Numbered from the stretch's first letter, positions 9,768-20,670 are shown. The stretch: 64,000 nucleotides of DNA from Candidatus Babeliales bacterium (GCA_050179755.1 JBFXEV010000001.1:9994-73993), one strand, 5' to 3'. A program made the numbers and translations. The notes: generated by a model from the sequence alone, not told the origin.

Positions 9768-10847
9768 TTAAGATCCTTTTAATGCAACCCAAATATTCTT
9801 AATTTGCTTTTCCGAAATCGTATTTTTAAAAAAATGTATATTTCGAGTCACCTGTGCAATAGCATTTTTAACCGACTGCCCACCAGGAACTTCTTGCATC
9901 AAAGATAACAAATCAATAGTTGCTGGAAAGAATCTATAGGTAGAAAAATGATATCGTATGTTTTGCGGCTCATATAAAAAATTAATGAATTGATAAACGT
10001 AATCTTCTTTATCACTGTTTTTTGGTATCACAAAATTATCAATCACCACGAAAGTTCCTTCTTGGGGAATAATAAATTGTATGTTATCATGCTGCCGAGT
10101 AATGCGCCACATTAATGGACTTTGCGATACTATAACCGAGCATACACCCGACGTTAGCAAAAAATCTGCACGCATTTCAGAATATGCAGCTACCCAATGC
10201 TTTTGCTCAAGCAACAAACTTTTTATTTTTTCCAATTTGTCTTGATCTAAATTATCTGTACTGCCAAACAAATAAAGTGCTGCAATCAATAGCACTTCGC
10301 GAGCCACGTCTGGCATCACTACACAATTTGCTCCAAAAGATCTATCAAATAATAATCCCCATGTAGCTTGTGGAACTTTATTATGAGAAAACAATGCAGT
10401 ATCAACCGCAAGGCCATACAACTGCCATAAATAAGGAATAGAATATTTGTTTTTTGGGTCATATTCATGGTCCAGCAATCTTGGATCCAGGCGATCCCAT
10501 AGCGTAATTTTTGTTCTATCTAGCGGCTTTAAGAGATCATCCTTAAGTAACCACGGCATTGCATAATCAGAAGGTACCAGCAAATCAAACCCCGCTCCAC
10601 CTGTTGCTTTAACTCGCGCATACAATTCCTCATTGCTTTCAAAATAGCTTACATGCACTTTTATGCCAGTTTTTTTTTCAAATTCCTTAATAATATGCGG
10701 ATCAATAAGCTCAGTCCAACTCATTATATTAATGGCTTTTTCTGTGCTTACTAAACTTGATAGGAATGGTAAACACAAAAAGAGCAGTATGATCCCTATC
10801 CAAAAGGCAACCATAAGGGCTCTGATTGAAAAAGAACTAATTTGCAT
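9768..10847 (-). CDS. potD: Spermidine/putrescine ABC transporter substrate-binding protein
   Basis: WTELIDP..FEKKTGIKV, ESNEELYA, DLLVPSDY and PQEG motifs; last gene of the pot operon. Confidence 0.9.
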   Translation of the reverse strand: MQISSFSIRALMVAFWIGIILLFLCLPFLSSLVSTEKAINIMSWTELIDPHIIKEFEKKTGIKVHVSYFESNEELYARVKATGGAGFDLLVPSDYAMPWLLKDDLLKPLDRTKITLWDRLDPRLLDHEYDPKNKYSIPYLWQLYGLAVDTALFSHNKVPQATWGLLFDRSFGANCVVMPDVAREVLLIAALYLFGSTDNLDQDKLEKIKSLLLEQKHWVAAYSEMRADFLLTSGVCSVIVSQSPLMWRITRQHDNIQFIIPQEGTFVVIDNFVIPKNSDKEDYVYQFINFLYEPQNIRYHFSTYRFFPATIDLLSLMQEVPGGQSVKNAIAQVTRNIHFFKNTISEKQIKNIWVALKGS

Positions 10848-10848
10848 G

Positions 10849-11634
10849 TTACCAAATCCTTGCGCGAGTGCGTAGCGAACAAAACAGTATAACCAAAATG
10901 CTACTTAATAAGATCATAAACGCAGATAAGGCGTTAATAGTAGGAGTAATGCCCGTGCGAATGCTACTAAATATATATAATGATAATGTTTGTGATGTTG
11001 GGCCTGCCATAAAGAAAGCAATAAAAAAATCATCAAATGATATAATAAATACCAAAAGCGAAGCTGCCACAATGGCAGGCGTTAAAAAAGGAATAACTAC
11101 ACGCAGAAGAGTTTGATGAATGGTAGCTCCTAAATCGAGTGAAGCCTCTACTATACTTTGATCTAATTCTTCAAATCTTGTTTTAATAATGGGAATGGCA
11201 AACCCTAACCCAATAACAGTGTGCCCTGCAATAAGAGTGGTAAGGCCCAAGGGTATAGCAAAAAATACAAACAAGCTTAAAAGCCCTATTGCAAGTACTA
11301 TTTCAGGAATAATGACATTCACAAAGAATAGTGGCATAAAACGTCCTGTGGACGTTCTACTACTATAAAAAACAAATAGCACGGCAAAAGTTATACTCAA
11401 TACTACTGCAGATGATGCCACCAGCAGCGAATTGACTACCGCTGGCCAAATATCCACCGATTGAAATAGCTGTCTGTACCAATCAAACGTAAACGAAACC
11501 CATCGATAAGGAAATGCCACGCTGTTAAACGAAAAGACAATTAAAATAATAATAGGTATATATAAAAATGCATACACAACTGCTACAAAAAAAGATAATG
11601 CATATCTTGAGATAAATGTGCGTAATGCGTTCAC
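10849..11634 (-). CDS. potC: Spermidine/putrescine ABC transporter permease
   Basis: FLYIPIIILIVFSFN, EAA loop (EASLDLGA) and SFDDF. Confidence 0.9.
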   Translation of the reverse strand: MNALRTFISRYALSFFVAVVYAFLYIPIIILIVFSFNSVAFPYRWVSFTFDWYRQLFQSVDIWPAVVNSLLVASSAVVLSITFAVLFVFYSSRTSTGRFMPLFFVNVIIPEIVLAIGLLSLFVFFAIPLGLTTLIAGHTVIGLGFAIPIIKTRFEELDQSIVEASLDLGATIHQTLLRVVIPFLTPAIVAASLLVFIISFDDFFIAFFMAGPTSQTLSLYIFSSIRTGITPTINALSAFMILLSSILVILFCSLRTRARIW

Positions 11635-12503
11635 TTAGAGCCTCCATATACCAAACGCGTGCTACGTGAAAGCAAACGATTAATACTATACAACGCAATT
11701 AATAATACTAGGCAGGCCACCACAGTAAAAGCTGCTGCAAAAGGCCAATCTCGTGCAATCAATACTTCATACGATATCAACCCACCTACAAAAAAATATT
11801 TATCACCACCCATTAATAAAGGAATCACAAACTCCCCGAATGCAGGCACAAACACCAAAAAAAATCCAGTTTTAATACCTGGCATGCTTAGTGGTAAAAC
11901 TACGCGTCGCCATGTTTGAAATGTTGTTGCACCCAAATCTTTTGACGCTTCAATAAGTGTGCGATCCATTTTTTCAAGTACCGTATAAATAGGAAAAATC
12001 ATAAAGGGCAAAAAACAATACAACATAACTATTGCTATCGCAAATATACTGTTCAATAACGCAAGCGGCTGTTGAATAATACCAAGGCCACGTAATACGT
12101 TATTAATGATCCCTTCTTTTTCCAAAATAAAAAACCAAGCATATACTTGCACTAAAATGTTGGTCCAAAATGGCAAAATGAGTAAAAATAATAGAGGGTT
12201 TTTCCATCGCTTTACATAAAAAGCAAGATAATAACTTACTGGATACCCAATACATAAACATAAAGTTGCGGTAGTAAGCGCAAGTACCAACGAGCGTAGT
12301 ATTATATATGCATATACTGGTAAAGCAAGCGCCTTATAGTGAGCAAGTGTAAAACTGAGAGACTCGGTATCGGTAACAGAGATAAAGCTAACACCAAGTA
12401 CAAATAGAAACGGCATACATAAAAATAAGATTTGCCAAAGCAACGCTGGCAAAGTCCAAAAAAACTTTTGTTCTTGTAAGAAAAACTCTCGTAAACGATT
12501 CAT
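11631..12503 (-). CDS. potB: Spermidine/putrescine ABC transporter permease
   Basis: LPFWTN, LPFMIFPIY, EASKDLGA and DWPFAAA. Confidence 0.9.
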   Translation of the reverse strand: MNRLREFFLQEQKFFWTLPALLWQILFLCMPFLFVLGVSFISVTDTESLSFTLAHYKALALPVYAYIILRSLVLALTTATLCLCIGYPVSYYLAFYVKRWKNPLLFLLILPFWTNILVQVYAWFFILEKEGIINNVLRGLGIIQQPLALLNSIFAIAIVMLYCFLPFMIFPIYTVLEKMDRTLIEASKDLGATTFQTWRRVVLPLSMPGIKTGFFLVFVPAFGEFVIPLLMGGDKYFFVGGLISYEVLIARDWPFAAAFTVVACLVLLIALYSINRLLSRSTRLVYGGSK

Positions 12504-12506
12504 TAC

Positions 12507-13601
12507 TCACCTTTCAAGGAGTACAGCATTTTCCTTCTGCCAATACAAATGAACGTGATCATCGTAATCTATCACTTCTTTTTGAAAATGCTCTTCATTT
12601 TGCTCAAAGACGTGCACCAGCCGTTCTCCAGAAATTCTTACATTGTATTGCGTAGATCTACCGTAATATACTATAGACTCTACTTGCCCAGTAGTGTGAT
12701 TAGAAAAACCTTCAACTTCTTTTTTAGAAATTAAGATTTTTTCTGGCCGAATACTCATTTTAATTTCATGACCGTCAATCATCCAACTTTTTTTCTCGGG
12801 TACCATAATAGTAAACATACCAAGTTGAGCAACTGCAACTTGTGCAAGATGCTCATCCGTGAACGTAAGAATACCAGAGAAAATATTTGTAGATCCTACA
12901 AACCGCGCAACAAATGAAGAAACAGGAAACTCATAAATTTCTTTAGGTGTTCCAATTTGTTCTATCTTGCCATCATAATTCATGATTGCCATTTTATCAG
13001 ACACCGTAAGCGCCTCAAACTGATCATGAGTTACATAAATAAAAGTAGTTTTAAGCTCATCTTGCAATTCAATGAGTTCAATAAGTAATCGCTCACGCAG
13101 TTTAACATCGAGCGCTGCCAATGGTTCATCAAGCAAAAGAACCTCAGGTTCATTGATCATAGCGCGAGCAAGAGCCACCCGTTGCTTTTGGCCTCCTGAA
13201 AGTTGCCCAATTGATTTATAAATATGCGCTTCCAAATGCACAGCTTTGAGCATGCGCTCGACTTTTTGTGCAATAACATCTGCCGGAACTTTACGCAACG
13301 TCAAACCATATGCCACATTATCAAATACATTTAGATGAGGAAATAATGCGTAATTTTGGAACACGGTGTTAACCTTGCGTTCATTGACTGGCACATTTGT
13401 AATTTCTGTGTCACCCAAATAAATATGGCCAGCATTTACTTGTTCAAAACCTGCAATGAGGCGCAAAATGGTTGTTTTGCCGCAACCACTCGGGCCCAGC
13501 AAGGCAAAAAATTGGCCTGCCGGCACAAAAAGATTCAAGTTCTCAAGAACCGAATCACCATTATATGATTTATAGACACCTTCAAGCCGTATGCTTTTCA
13601 T
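12507..13601 (-). CDS. potA: Spermidine/putrescine ABC transporter ATPase
   Basis: GPSGCGKT, FQNYALFPH, LSGGQKQR, LLLDEP and a C-terminal TOBE region. Confidence 0.93.
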   Translation of the reverse strand: MKSIRLEGVYKSYNGDSVLENLNLFVPAGQFFALLGPSGCGKTTILRLIAGFEQVNAGHIYLGDTEITNVPVNERKVNTVFQNYALFPHLNVFDNVAYGLTLRKVPADVIAQKVERMLKAVHLEAHIYKSIGQLSGGQKQRVALARAMINEPEVLLLDEPLAALDVKLRERLLIELIELQDELKTTFIYVTHDQFEALTVSDKMAIMNYDGKIEQIGTPKEIYEFPVSSFVARFVGSTNIFSGILTFTDEHLAQVAVAQLGMFTIMVPEKKSWMIDGHEIKMSIRPEKILISKKEVEGFSNHTTGQVESIVYYGRSTQYNVRISGERLVHVFEQNEEHFQKEVIDYDDHVHLYWQKENAVLLER

Positions 13602-14277
13602 TAACTTTGCCTAGCCTGCCACACAATACTGGCACAATAACATCTGAGAGTGTACACGGTAGTACCACTGCTCCCATTAACAATACAAACAAGATTCCCA
13701 TGTGATCATACCACGTGGTAAAACCTTCGGCAACTAAATACAATAATGAAGCTATTGCGCTTGTTGAAATGTGACTAAAATGGGTAAGAGCAGTAAATGA
13801 TTCGCGATTGGTACTGGTGTTTCTTATCATAACAAGACCATTGACTAACCCAATTGCCCAAAACGTAAGCACGTTAAAGATTTCTGTTCTTATGCATAAA
13901 TGAAGCGTAACGTTAAAGCCCAACAACACGCCACCAGCGTAGGGCATCAGAATGTCGGAAAGCGTACAAAAAACTATCGAGGAAAATAATGACATAAAAA
14001 TTGCAAAGTAAGGTTTGCGTGTAAATCGCATAAATGCAATATATGAACCGGTGGTTGCAAAAATAATATGCAAGAAGTGAAATACATGAAACAAAACGTG
14101 CGCATGTTTGTACATTGCGGGTGTATTGCCCACAATAAAGTATAAGAAGCCCACTACTATCAAGCTCAAGGCCACTGAAAATATACCATAGGGCATGTGG
14201 CAGATTACTTCTTGCCACACCGAGCAACTTGGATGTTCATCATACCCGTGGCATGCAAATTCGTGCTTATGTTCCAT
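13582..14277 (-). CDS. His-rich integral membrane protein of unknown function
   Basis: About 6-7 hydrophobic segments with duplicated HxxH and CTLSD motifs; overlaps the potA start. Confidence 0.7.
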   Translation of the reverse strand: MEHKHEFACHGYDEHPSCSVWQEVICHMPYGIFSVALSLIVVGFLYFIVGNTPAMYKHAHVLFHVFHFLHIIFATTGSYIAFMRFTRKPYFAIFMSLFSSIVFCTLSDILMPYAGGVLLGFNVTLHLCIRTEIFNVLTFWAIGLVNGLVMIRNTSTNRESFTALTHFSHISTSAIASLLYLVAEGFTTWYDHMGILFVLLMGAVVLPCTLSDVIVPVLCGRLGKVNEKHTA

Positions 14278-14491
14278 CTTTTCAAATCTTTCTTAAAAAT
14301 GAATTGTTTAATTTTCTATAATAAAATAACATAGCGCCTTTTGGCAAAATAGCAAAAAGGGCCAGAATAGACTTAATTATAGCATATTTTCTTGATATAT
14401 GTACTATATTGTAATACTATAAATTACATAATAAATATATAAAATATCCCTTAATTTTCTATTTGTACAAAACAACTTAAGGATAAGCTTC

Positions 14492-15445
14492 ATGAATCGC
14501 AAGCCCGAGATTTCTTTACAAATCATTATGCTGGCCATGGTGCTCAGCAATGTTTCTACCTTTAACTTACAAGCACATGAAGAATCTCCAAAGGATACCA
14601 CATCAGACAGCTGCTTTGAAATCGAAGATCAAAAAATGCCATCATGGCGTCAAGGGCTACACTGGTTTTTTGCCTGCGGTGATTTATTAACATTGAGTGG
14701 TACACGCTTGTATTCTTGTTTTAATACTAAAAATTTCATGAATTCGCTGCCCGAAAAACCGTTATCGCCAGAGTTAAAAGCTTCGCTTGAAGCAATTATT
14801 GGCGAAGCAAGCCCCCATGCACAAGACATTATTTTTAAATCTACACAGCTGCCTGAAGGTGCCGTGGCGGCAGCAATAGGAAATAATGCCATTGTGATTG
14901 ATCCTAGTCAAATGGAAAATGCCTCTGCGCGCGAATCGGAATTCATCATTCGTCACGAGCTTGCACATCTTGAACATGGTCATAACCTCAAACAAGGGTT
15001 GATGCTTCTTGCGTTACCGTGTATTGCGCATTTTGGATTAAAAGCCTGGGATTCTGCTGTAAAATCCACACTGAAGGGTATCAAAAAAACTTTCTGCATA
15101 GCAGATAATAGCCGAGCTGAGCAATTTCTTAAGAAATTAAATAGTGTTAATCATTGGCTTTCCACCTTTTGTTTGACAAAATGCGTCGTTGCATGGCAAC
15201 TATTTTATGCGTATTCCCGTTACTGTGAAAAACAAGCTGATTTACAAGCGGTCAAACAAATGGGGTCATACCAAGGTGCTCATGAATGCTTTAAGCATTT
15301 ACAAGAAATAGGCAAAAAACAGCGCAACCTACACCCTATAAATACATTTTTATATGATGAAAGTGGTGACGTTATCCCGCCATTAACGCATCCAAGGTCA
15401 GGTGAACGAATCGCCTACACCCAGCATTTTTTACTAAATTCCTAG
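14492..15445 (+). CDS. M48-family zinc metallopeptidase
   Basis: HELAH (HExxH), EKQAD and THP...ERI motifs; N-terminal signal-like segment. Confidence 0.8.
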   Translation: MNRKPEISLQIIMLAMVLSNVSTFNLQAHEESPKDTTSDSCFEIEDQKMPSWRQGLHWFFACGDLLTLSGTRLYSCFNTKNFMNSLPEKPLSPELKASLEAIIGEASPHAQDIIFKSTQLPEGAVAAAIGNNAIVIDPSQMENASARESEFIIRHELAHLEHGHNLKQGLMLLALPCIAHFGLKAWDSAVKSTLKGIKKTFCIADNSRAEQFLKKLNSVNHWLSTFCLTKCVVAWQLFYAYSRYCEKQADLQAVKQMGSYQGAHECFKHLQEIGKKQRNLHPINTFLYDESGDVIPPLTHPRSGERIAYTQHFLLNS

Positions 15446-18342
15446 AACGATTCGCCTAGGGTCAAGAACCATGCAAAGCGGGCTTCTTCTTCAGTGTCGC
15501 GATGCCATTTAAAGCCTATATCAAAGCGCACAGGGCCAATGGGCGTTAAATAACGCAAACCAAATCCGGTGGCAGCCAATAACCTGCCACCTTTAAGTTC
15601 TGCAAGTTCATTTTGCGCGAGCATACCAAGATCCTGAAACACCACACCACCAAGATTTCTAAAGATTGGAAAGCGAGCCTCAAAGCACGCATTTACCATT
15701 GATTTTCCACCTTGAGGTACAAACACCCGAGAACCGTCGTCATTTATAAAGCTACCAAGAGGTGGCGCAAAGTCTGCCCAATAACTACGTAAAGAATGTT
15801 CACCCCCTAGAAAGAATCGCTCAGGTGGCATAATACTTGAAAAATTCTTGGCAAAAATATACCCAAACCTAATTTTTGCCCCTAAAATAAGCCGAGCGTA
15901 CGGATCATAAAAAACTGATTGTTCAAACAATATCTTAAAAAATGATACGGCATGATGCTTCCAAGGAAACATACCTTTACAAGAAACCGCAGTCAATGAA
16001 CCTCGGCTTGGGTTCACTTGATCATCAAGAAAATCAACGAGCATGCTTCCTTCAAAGAAAGCCAATGGTATCTGACGGTCTCGCAGTTCTTGGTTAAAAT
16101 TTATCGCATGCGCCATCGCAGGCGATAAATTACCTGTCTCCATTAACTCAATGCCTATATTACCACCAGTATCAACACGTGAAAAAGCACGTGAAAGCCC
16201 AACTAAAAATCCTTGCTGCAAAACTTCATAAAGCGGCTCTTTGCACCCTTTTGATACCGGTTGAATATACCTATTACTATATAATTTAAACTGCGTTTGA
16301 TAGGGGCTATTGCCTAGCCATGGTCGATAATAACGCAACGAAACATTTCTAAAGAACTTAGTAACATCTGCGTCAAAACAAAAGTAATCGCCCACTTTAA
16401 ATGGATTACGCCATAGCAACGCACCACCAATCTTGTACGTACTTCCACTGCGAAATGTAAAATTTTTACTTATTTGCTGAAAGCCCACCCGAAATCTCAC
16501 TTCAAAAGGATCGTATTCTACGAGTTTGAGTAATATATTACGCTCTTGATGAGCTTCACCATTTTGCTGAGGGGAAACGTATACTGATTCAAAAACATTA
16601 AGATGCCGCAATGCAGCAAGCGAATCTTCTAGCGCTGTTTGATCCCAAATATCTCCTTGCTTATATCGCAACTGGCGCTGTATATATTCAAATTTGGTTC
16701 GCGTTCTACCCACCACAATTGTTTTACCAAATATTGCAGCCTTTTCTATATTTTCAAGAACCCACACTACCGAAGCACACATACCATCGTATGTCAAACG
16801 GGGCGTTACGCGCACTTGCAAAAACCCTAGTTCATGAAAATGATCTAAAAGCCAAAGCCGTTGTTTATGAAGTATGGCCGTATCAAAAGGGACTGGCAAT
16901 TGCGCCTTACATGAAGCAAAAGGACCACAATCCATGAGTTCAGGATGGCCTTCAATATCTACAGAGGATAAGAGGCGCTGCGCACCTTCATCAATCATTA
17001 AGACCAACTCAAAAGTGTCTGGCTTGCCTGTTGATAAAAATTCTTGCCGCAAAATCTGGGCCTCTGCATATCCTTGATGTTGATACCATGCAAGAAGCTT
17101 ACTCAGTTGTTCTTGCAACTCATCTTGATCAATGTAGGGCTGTTTAATAAGATGAGAAAACCATTTTTTTAGCATCTTATCTGCATCTTCAACAGTAACT
17201 CCTTCAAGCCGAACGTGCCGCAAACAAGAGCGAGTCCCTTCTCGAATGACAAAAATAAGTCGATCGTGTTCAGTTACGGTTTCAATTGCAATCTGCCAAA
17301 ACCCTTTTGCGCGATAGGCAGCTTCAAACTCCTGCGCAAGCACTTCTGCAGGCACCAGCCATGCAGTACGGCCAAAACTTGCAATAAGATCAAGCAATTG
17401 ATTTGAAGTGAAATAATGATTTCCAAAAAATTCAATTTCACGTCTATCATGCAACGTGATCATAAATTCTAACTTAATAGCAGCTTTGTTATAATTAATA
17501 CATTCGCGCATAGCAATAGTAGCTTCTAAGTAGCCTTTTTTTGCCAAATATCTACGAACTGCAGCACCGGCTTGGTCAACTAATAATTTTGTATAGCGTT
17601 TATTATGCACTCGAGTGTTAATCACACTGCGCAATTTATGTTTAATTTGATTACAATTTTCTTGATCACACGTGGCTGGCATATTAAGTTGAATATCAAC
17701 ATCTTGCACTCTAAATTGTTCTTGATGATCAAGAACAATATGCACGTCTACGGTTTTAGTGTCTGATTGATACTCAAGATAATCGGATATGGTACCGTTA
17801 TAAAAGCCTTCAGCCTTAAAAGAATGCTCAATGGCATCAAGTAATTGCTTATGATGATCTATAAAAAATGGTTCGCCAGATTCAATTGCATATAAGTGCT
17901 TATAGCGATCTTTGCCAAGTAATAACCCTGAAAAGGTTACGCGACCAAACGTCCACAGTGACTCAAATGCAAAATCAAGATGCTTGCCGCACAGCGTATC
18001 AGTTATTGCAATAGTTACTAATTTAAATTTGCGTTTAAGCTGAAAGGCCGTACAAGCAGTAAGTAAATCGGACCACGTAACAGTTGCGCCTTTTTGCAAA
18101 CCAATTAAATAAAATAATTCTGTTTGATCAATTTTACAATCCGCCGTACAGGTAATTTCTGCGGCAATAAATGGAAGTGGAAATTGTGCCTGTAGTTGCT
18201 GTGCAATGACGGAATTATCAAATGTTACATCAATAACGCAAGTGGTTAATGATGCGGGCATTGCTTGTTCGTCAATGCATCGCACAAAGCAAAAAGAGGC
18301 CAGTAGTACACTAAGCTGAAATATAAATATTCTTGTGGTCAC
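15442..18342 (-). CDS. Omp85-family (BamA/TamA-like) outer-membrane assembly protein
   Basis: Several POTRA-like repeats (e.g. YLAKKGYLEA, YQHQGYAEA), FFLGGEHSLRSY, GFGLRYLTPIGPVRFDIG and a C-terminal Phe. Confidence 0.88.
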   Translation of the reverse strand: MTTRIFIFQLSVLLASFCFVRCIDEQAMPASLTTCVIDVTFDNSVIAQQLQAQFPLPFIAAEITCTADCKIDQTELFYLIGLQKGATVTWSDLLTACTAFQLKRKFKLVTIAITDTLCGKHLDFAFESLWTFGRVTFSGLLLGKDRYKHLYAIESGEPFFIDHHKQLLDAIEHSFKAEGFYNGTISDYLEYQSDTKTVDVHIVLDHQEQFRVQDVDIQLNMPATCDQENCNQIKHKLRSVINTRVHNKRYTKLLVDQAGAAVRRYLAKKGYLEATIAMRECINYNKAAIKLEFMITLHDRREIEFFGNHYFTSNQLLDLIASFGRTAWLVPAEVLAQEFEAAYRAKGFWQIAIETVTEHDRLIFVIREGTRSCLRHVRLEGVTVEDADKMLKKWFSHLIKQPYIDQDELQEQLSKLLAWYQHQGYAEAQILRQEFLSTGKPDTFELVLMIDEGAQRLLSSVDIEGHPELMDCGPFASCKAQLPVPFDTAILHKQRLWLLDHFHELGFLQVRVTPRLTYDGMCASVVWVLENIEKAAIFGKTIVVGRTRTKFEYIQRQLRYKQGDIWDQTALEDSLAALRHLNVFESVYVSPQQNGEAHQERNILLKLVEYDPFEVRFRVGFQQISKNFTFRSGSTYKIGGALLWRNPFKVGDYFCFDADVTKFFRNVSLRYYRPWLGNSPYQTQFKLYSNRYIQPVSKGCKEPLYEVLQQGFLVGLSRAFSRVDTGGNIGIELMETGNLSPAMAHAINFNQELRDRQIPLAFFEGSMLVDFLDDQVNPSRGSLTAVSCKGMFPWKHHAVSFFKILFEQSVFYDPYARLILGAKIRFGYIFAKNFSSIMPPERFFLGGEHSLRSYWADFAPPLGSFINDDGSRVFVPQGGKSMVNACFEARFPIFRNLGGVVFQDLGMLAQNELAELKGGRLLAATGFGLRYLTPIGPVRFDIGFKWHRDTEEEARFAWFLTLGESF

Positions 18343-18415
18343 ACCTTACCCTACATCACGAAGCTTTCACAACGTGATCTAGTGTATCATAACGATAGGA
18401 TGCGACCAGTAATAA

Positions 18416-18694
18416 TTATTCTATAACGCGAAACACGCCTCTATAATCTCTATCTTTAATAAAGGGCTCAACTTCCACTGCATCCTTAAAATATTTAGCG
18501 CCTGCTGCATGCAAAGCATCTAAAAACATTTCTACTGATATTTTACTGCCGCACGCAATAATGCATATGATATCGTCTGCCTCTAGCTGTACTGTGCCTT
18601 CAAGATCTAAATCTCGAGCACTTTTTTTTATGAAATTATGCAAGAAGTCTTCTGGTAAATTCATCGTTACTACGATGCGTAGACATTGGCTCAT
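18416..18694 (-). CDS. Acylphosphatase-fold protein, catalytic motifs degenerate
   Basis: Size and pattern ARDLDLEGTVQ...IIACG...FRVIE resemble AcyP. Likely ATG at 18694 after AGGGAG; the track starts at 18718. Confidence 0.55.
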   Translation of the reverse strand: MSQCLRIVVTMNLPEDFLHNFIKKSARDLDLEGTVQLEADDIICIIACGSKISVEMFLDALHAAGAKYFKDAVEVEPFIKDRDYRGVFRVIE

Positions 18695-18871
18695 TGCCTG
18701 CTCCCTTTTTTTGAACAACTAATACTCCATGCACGAAGTTACCAGATCCGGGGGGGCAATGTCAAAAACTTCATAATAAGTGTGGTAAAAAACCAAATAT
18801 AGAGTATCTTTTATTAATATACTGTAAACATTAATGCCTCAAACTCTTCACACATTTACTAAGGCCGATCG

Positions 18872-18967
18872 CCCTGAGTAGTCCTACATTTATGTGTTGT
18901 ACATTAAGTTTCTATGACCATAAGTATGTTATGGGAAATAGGTAAATGACGGATGTAGCGCAAGGGC
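18872..18967. repeat. Degenerate REP-like palindromic element upstream of gltX
   Basis: ccctgagt...gtagcgcaaggg ends resemble the element at 60690-60727. Confidence 0.35.
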
Positions 18968-18994
18968 GCGAGCGAAACTATTTAAGGACTTTCT

Positions 18995-20419
18995 ATGACC
19001 GCAGGCTCAGTACGCGTTCGTTTTGCACCATCACCCACCGGGAGAATGCATCTTGGCGGCGTTAGAACCGCTTTGCTTAATTATCTATTTGCCCATCAAA
19101 AAGAGGGTACGTTCGTCTTACGTATTGAAGATACGGACCGTGAGCGTAACTTTGATCCGGGGGCAAAGCAAATCATTGCCGATTTACTTTGGCTTGGTCT
19201 CCTTTTTGAAGAGGGTCCTGGCGTTGAAGGACCATATGCCCCTTATTTTCAATCGGAACGTAATAATGTTTATAAGGAACATCTTGCTATATTGCAAGAT
19301 AAAAAATTAGTATATAAATGCTTTTGCACGTCCGAAGAGCTTGAAAAAAGACGTGAACGCCAAATTGCACTCAAACAACCACCACGTTACGATAAAACAT
19401 GCCTTAAACTGAGTAAAGAGGACGTTGCAAAAAAAGAGGCTGCTCATTTGCCATTTGTATGGCGTTTTGCTATTAAACCTAATACAAGCGTTACCATTAC
19501 TGATCTTGCAAAAGGCGTGATAACCTTTGATTTAAATCATTTTTCAGACTTTCCTTTAACACGGCAAGACGGTACTTTTACCTTTATTTTTGCAAATGCG
19601 GTAGATGACATGGTAATGCGCATGACCCATATTTTACGCGGTGAAGACCATTTATCAAATACGGCAAATCAAGCAGTGCTCTATGAGGGACTTGGCTTTA
19701 AATTACCTTTATTCTGGCATTTACCAATATTATGCAATACCGATGGTAAAAAGCTTTCCAAACGAGATTTTGGATTCTCATTAGAGGATTTGCAAAAAGC
19801 AGGTTACATTCCAGAAGCCATTACAAATTATTTAATGCTTATTGGCGGGGGCTCATTCCAAGACGAAATTATGAGCATGGACCAACTTATTAAGCTCATG
19901 CCATTTGATAACATTAATTCTACTGGCGCTATCAAATATGACGTTGAAAAATTAACATGGGTTAACCATAAATGGATTGAGCGACTTTCACCAGAAAAAT
20001 TATTGGCATATGCTAAACCCTTTTTACTTACAGCGTACCCACAAGCGCAAGGTTTGCCTGACACGCAAATTTCGGCACTACTGCAAATTGTAAAATCAGA
20101 AATGAAAACGATAGCGGATGTAGAAACTGCAACGCGGTTCTATTTTGAAGCTCCCAAAGTTACCGATACAGAGCTCCATGAATTAGTAGGCAGTGATGCA
20201 ACAAAACTAAGTCATGTACTCGCAAAGCATCTTGACCTGCTTGATAAGCCAGAACAATTTGTTCAATCAGTGAAAGCTGAAGCCCAAGAGCATAAAATAA
20301 GTATAAAAACACTATTTACCTATTTAAGATTAAAACTGACTGGTAGCACCAAAGGGCCGCAGCTCCATGATATTATTAATTTAATTGGCGTTCCGGAAGC
20401 AAAGAAGAGACTCACTTAA
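18995..20419 (+). CDS. gltX: Glutamate--tRNA ligase
   Basis: RFAPSPTG, HLGG (HIGH), LRIEDTD, RGEDH and KLSKR (KMSKS). Confidence 0.97.
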   Translation: MTAGSVRVRFAPSPTGRMHLGGVRTALLNYLFAHQKEGTFVLRIEDTDRERNFDPGAKQIIADLLWLGLLFEEGPGVEGPYAPYFQSERNNVYKEHLAILQDKKLVYKCFCTSEELEKRRERQIALKQPPRYDKTCLKLSKEDVAKKEAAHLPFVWRFAIKPNTSVTITDLAKGVITFDLNHFSDFPLTRQDGTFTFIFANAVDDMVMRMTHILRGEDHLSNTANQAVLYEGLGFKLPLFWHLPILCNTDGKKLSKRDFGFSLEDLQKAGYIPEAITNYLMLIGGGSFQDEIMSMDQLIKLMPFDNINSTGAIKYDVEKLTWVNHKWIERLSPEKLLAYAKPFLLTAYPQAQGLPDTQISALLQIVKSEMKTIADVETATRFYFEAPKVTDTELHELVGSDATKLSHVLAKHLDLLDKPEQFVQSVKAEAQEHKISIKTLFTYLRLKLTGSTKGPQLHDIINLIGVPEAKKRLT

Positions 20420-20670
20420 ACCTTACTAGCGGGCTCAAGCAAGCGATTTGGCAACTTTTTGATATCTTTTACTACACCCAAAAGCTCAAGACCCTGCATG
20501 CATTCTAAAAAAAGTGCTTCTAACTTTGGTGGTACAAAATATTCATTTATACCCGCATGCGCATCAATAGTGCGTTCAAAGGCAAGATGTTCAAAACTGT
20601 GCATGGTTGCTCCTACAAACCAACCTGCTGGTCGGTCAATAGTAACTTGATAATAAACGCAATAATGCAT
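20416..20670 (-). CDS. Small conserved protein, DUF4911-like
   Basis: Pattern F..SFEHLAFERTID..G...FVPP matches my recollection of DUF4911. Confidence 0.55.
   Translation of the reverse strand: MHYCVYYQVTIDRPAGWFVGATMHSFEHLAFERTIDAHAGINEYFVPPKLEALFLECMQGLELLGVVKDIKKLPNRLLEPASKV

Noticed and set aside
18750..18756. G7 tract in the divergent promoter region before gltX, as a phase-variation site
   Set aside because: Short run beside an essential gene; no evidence of variability.
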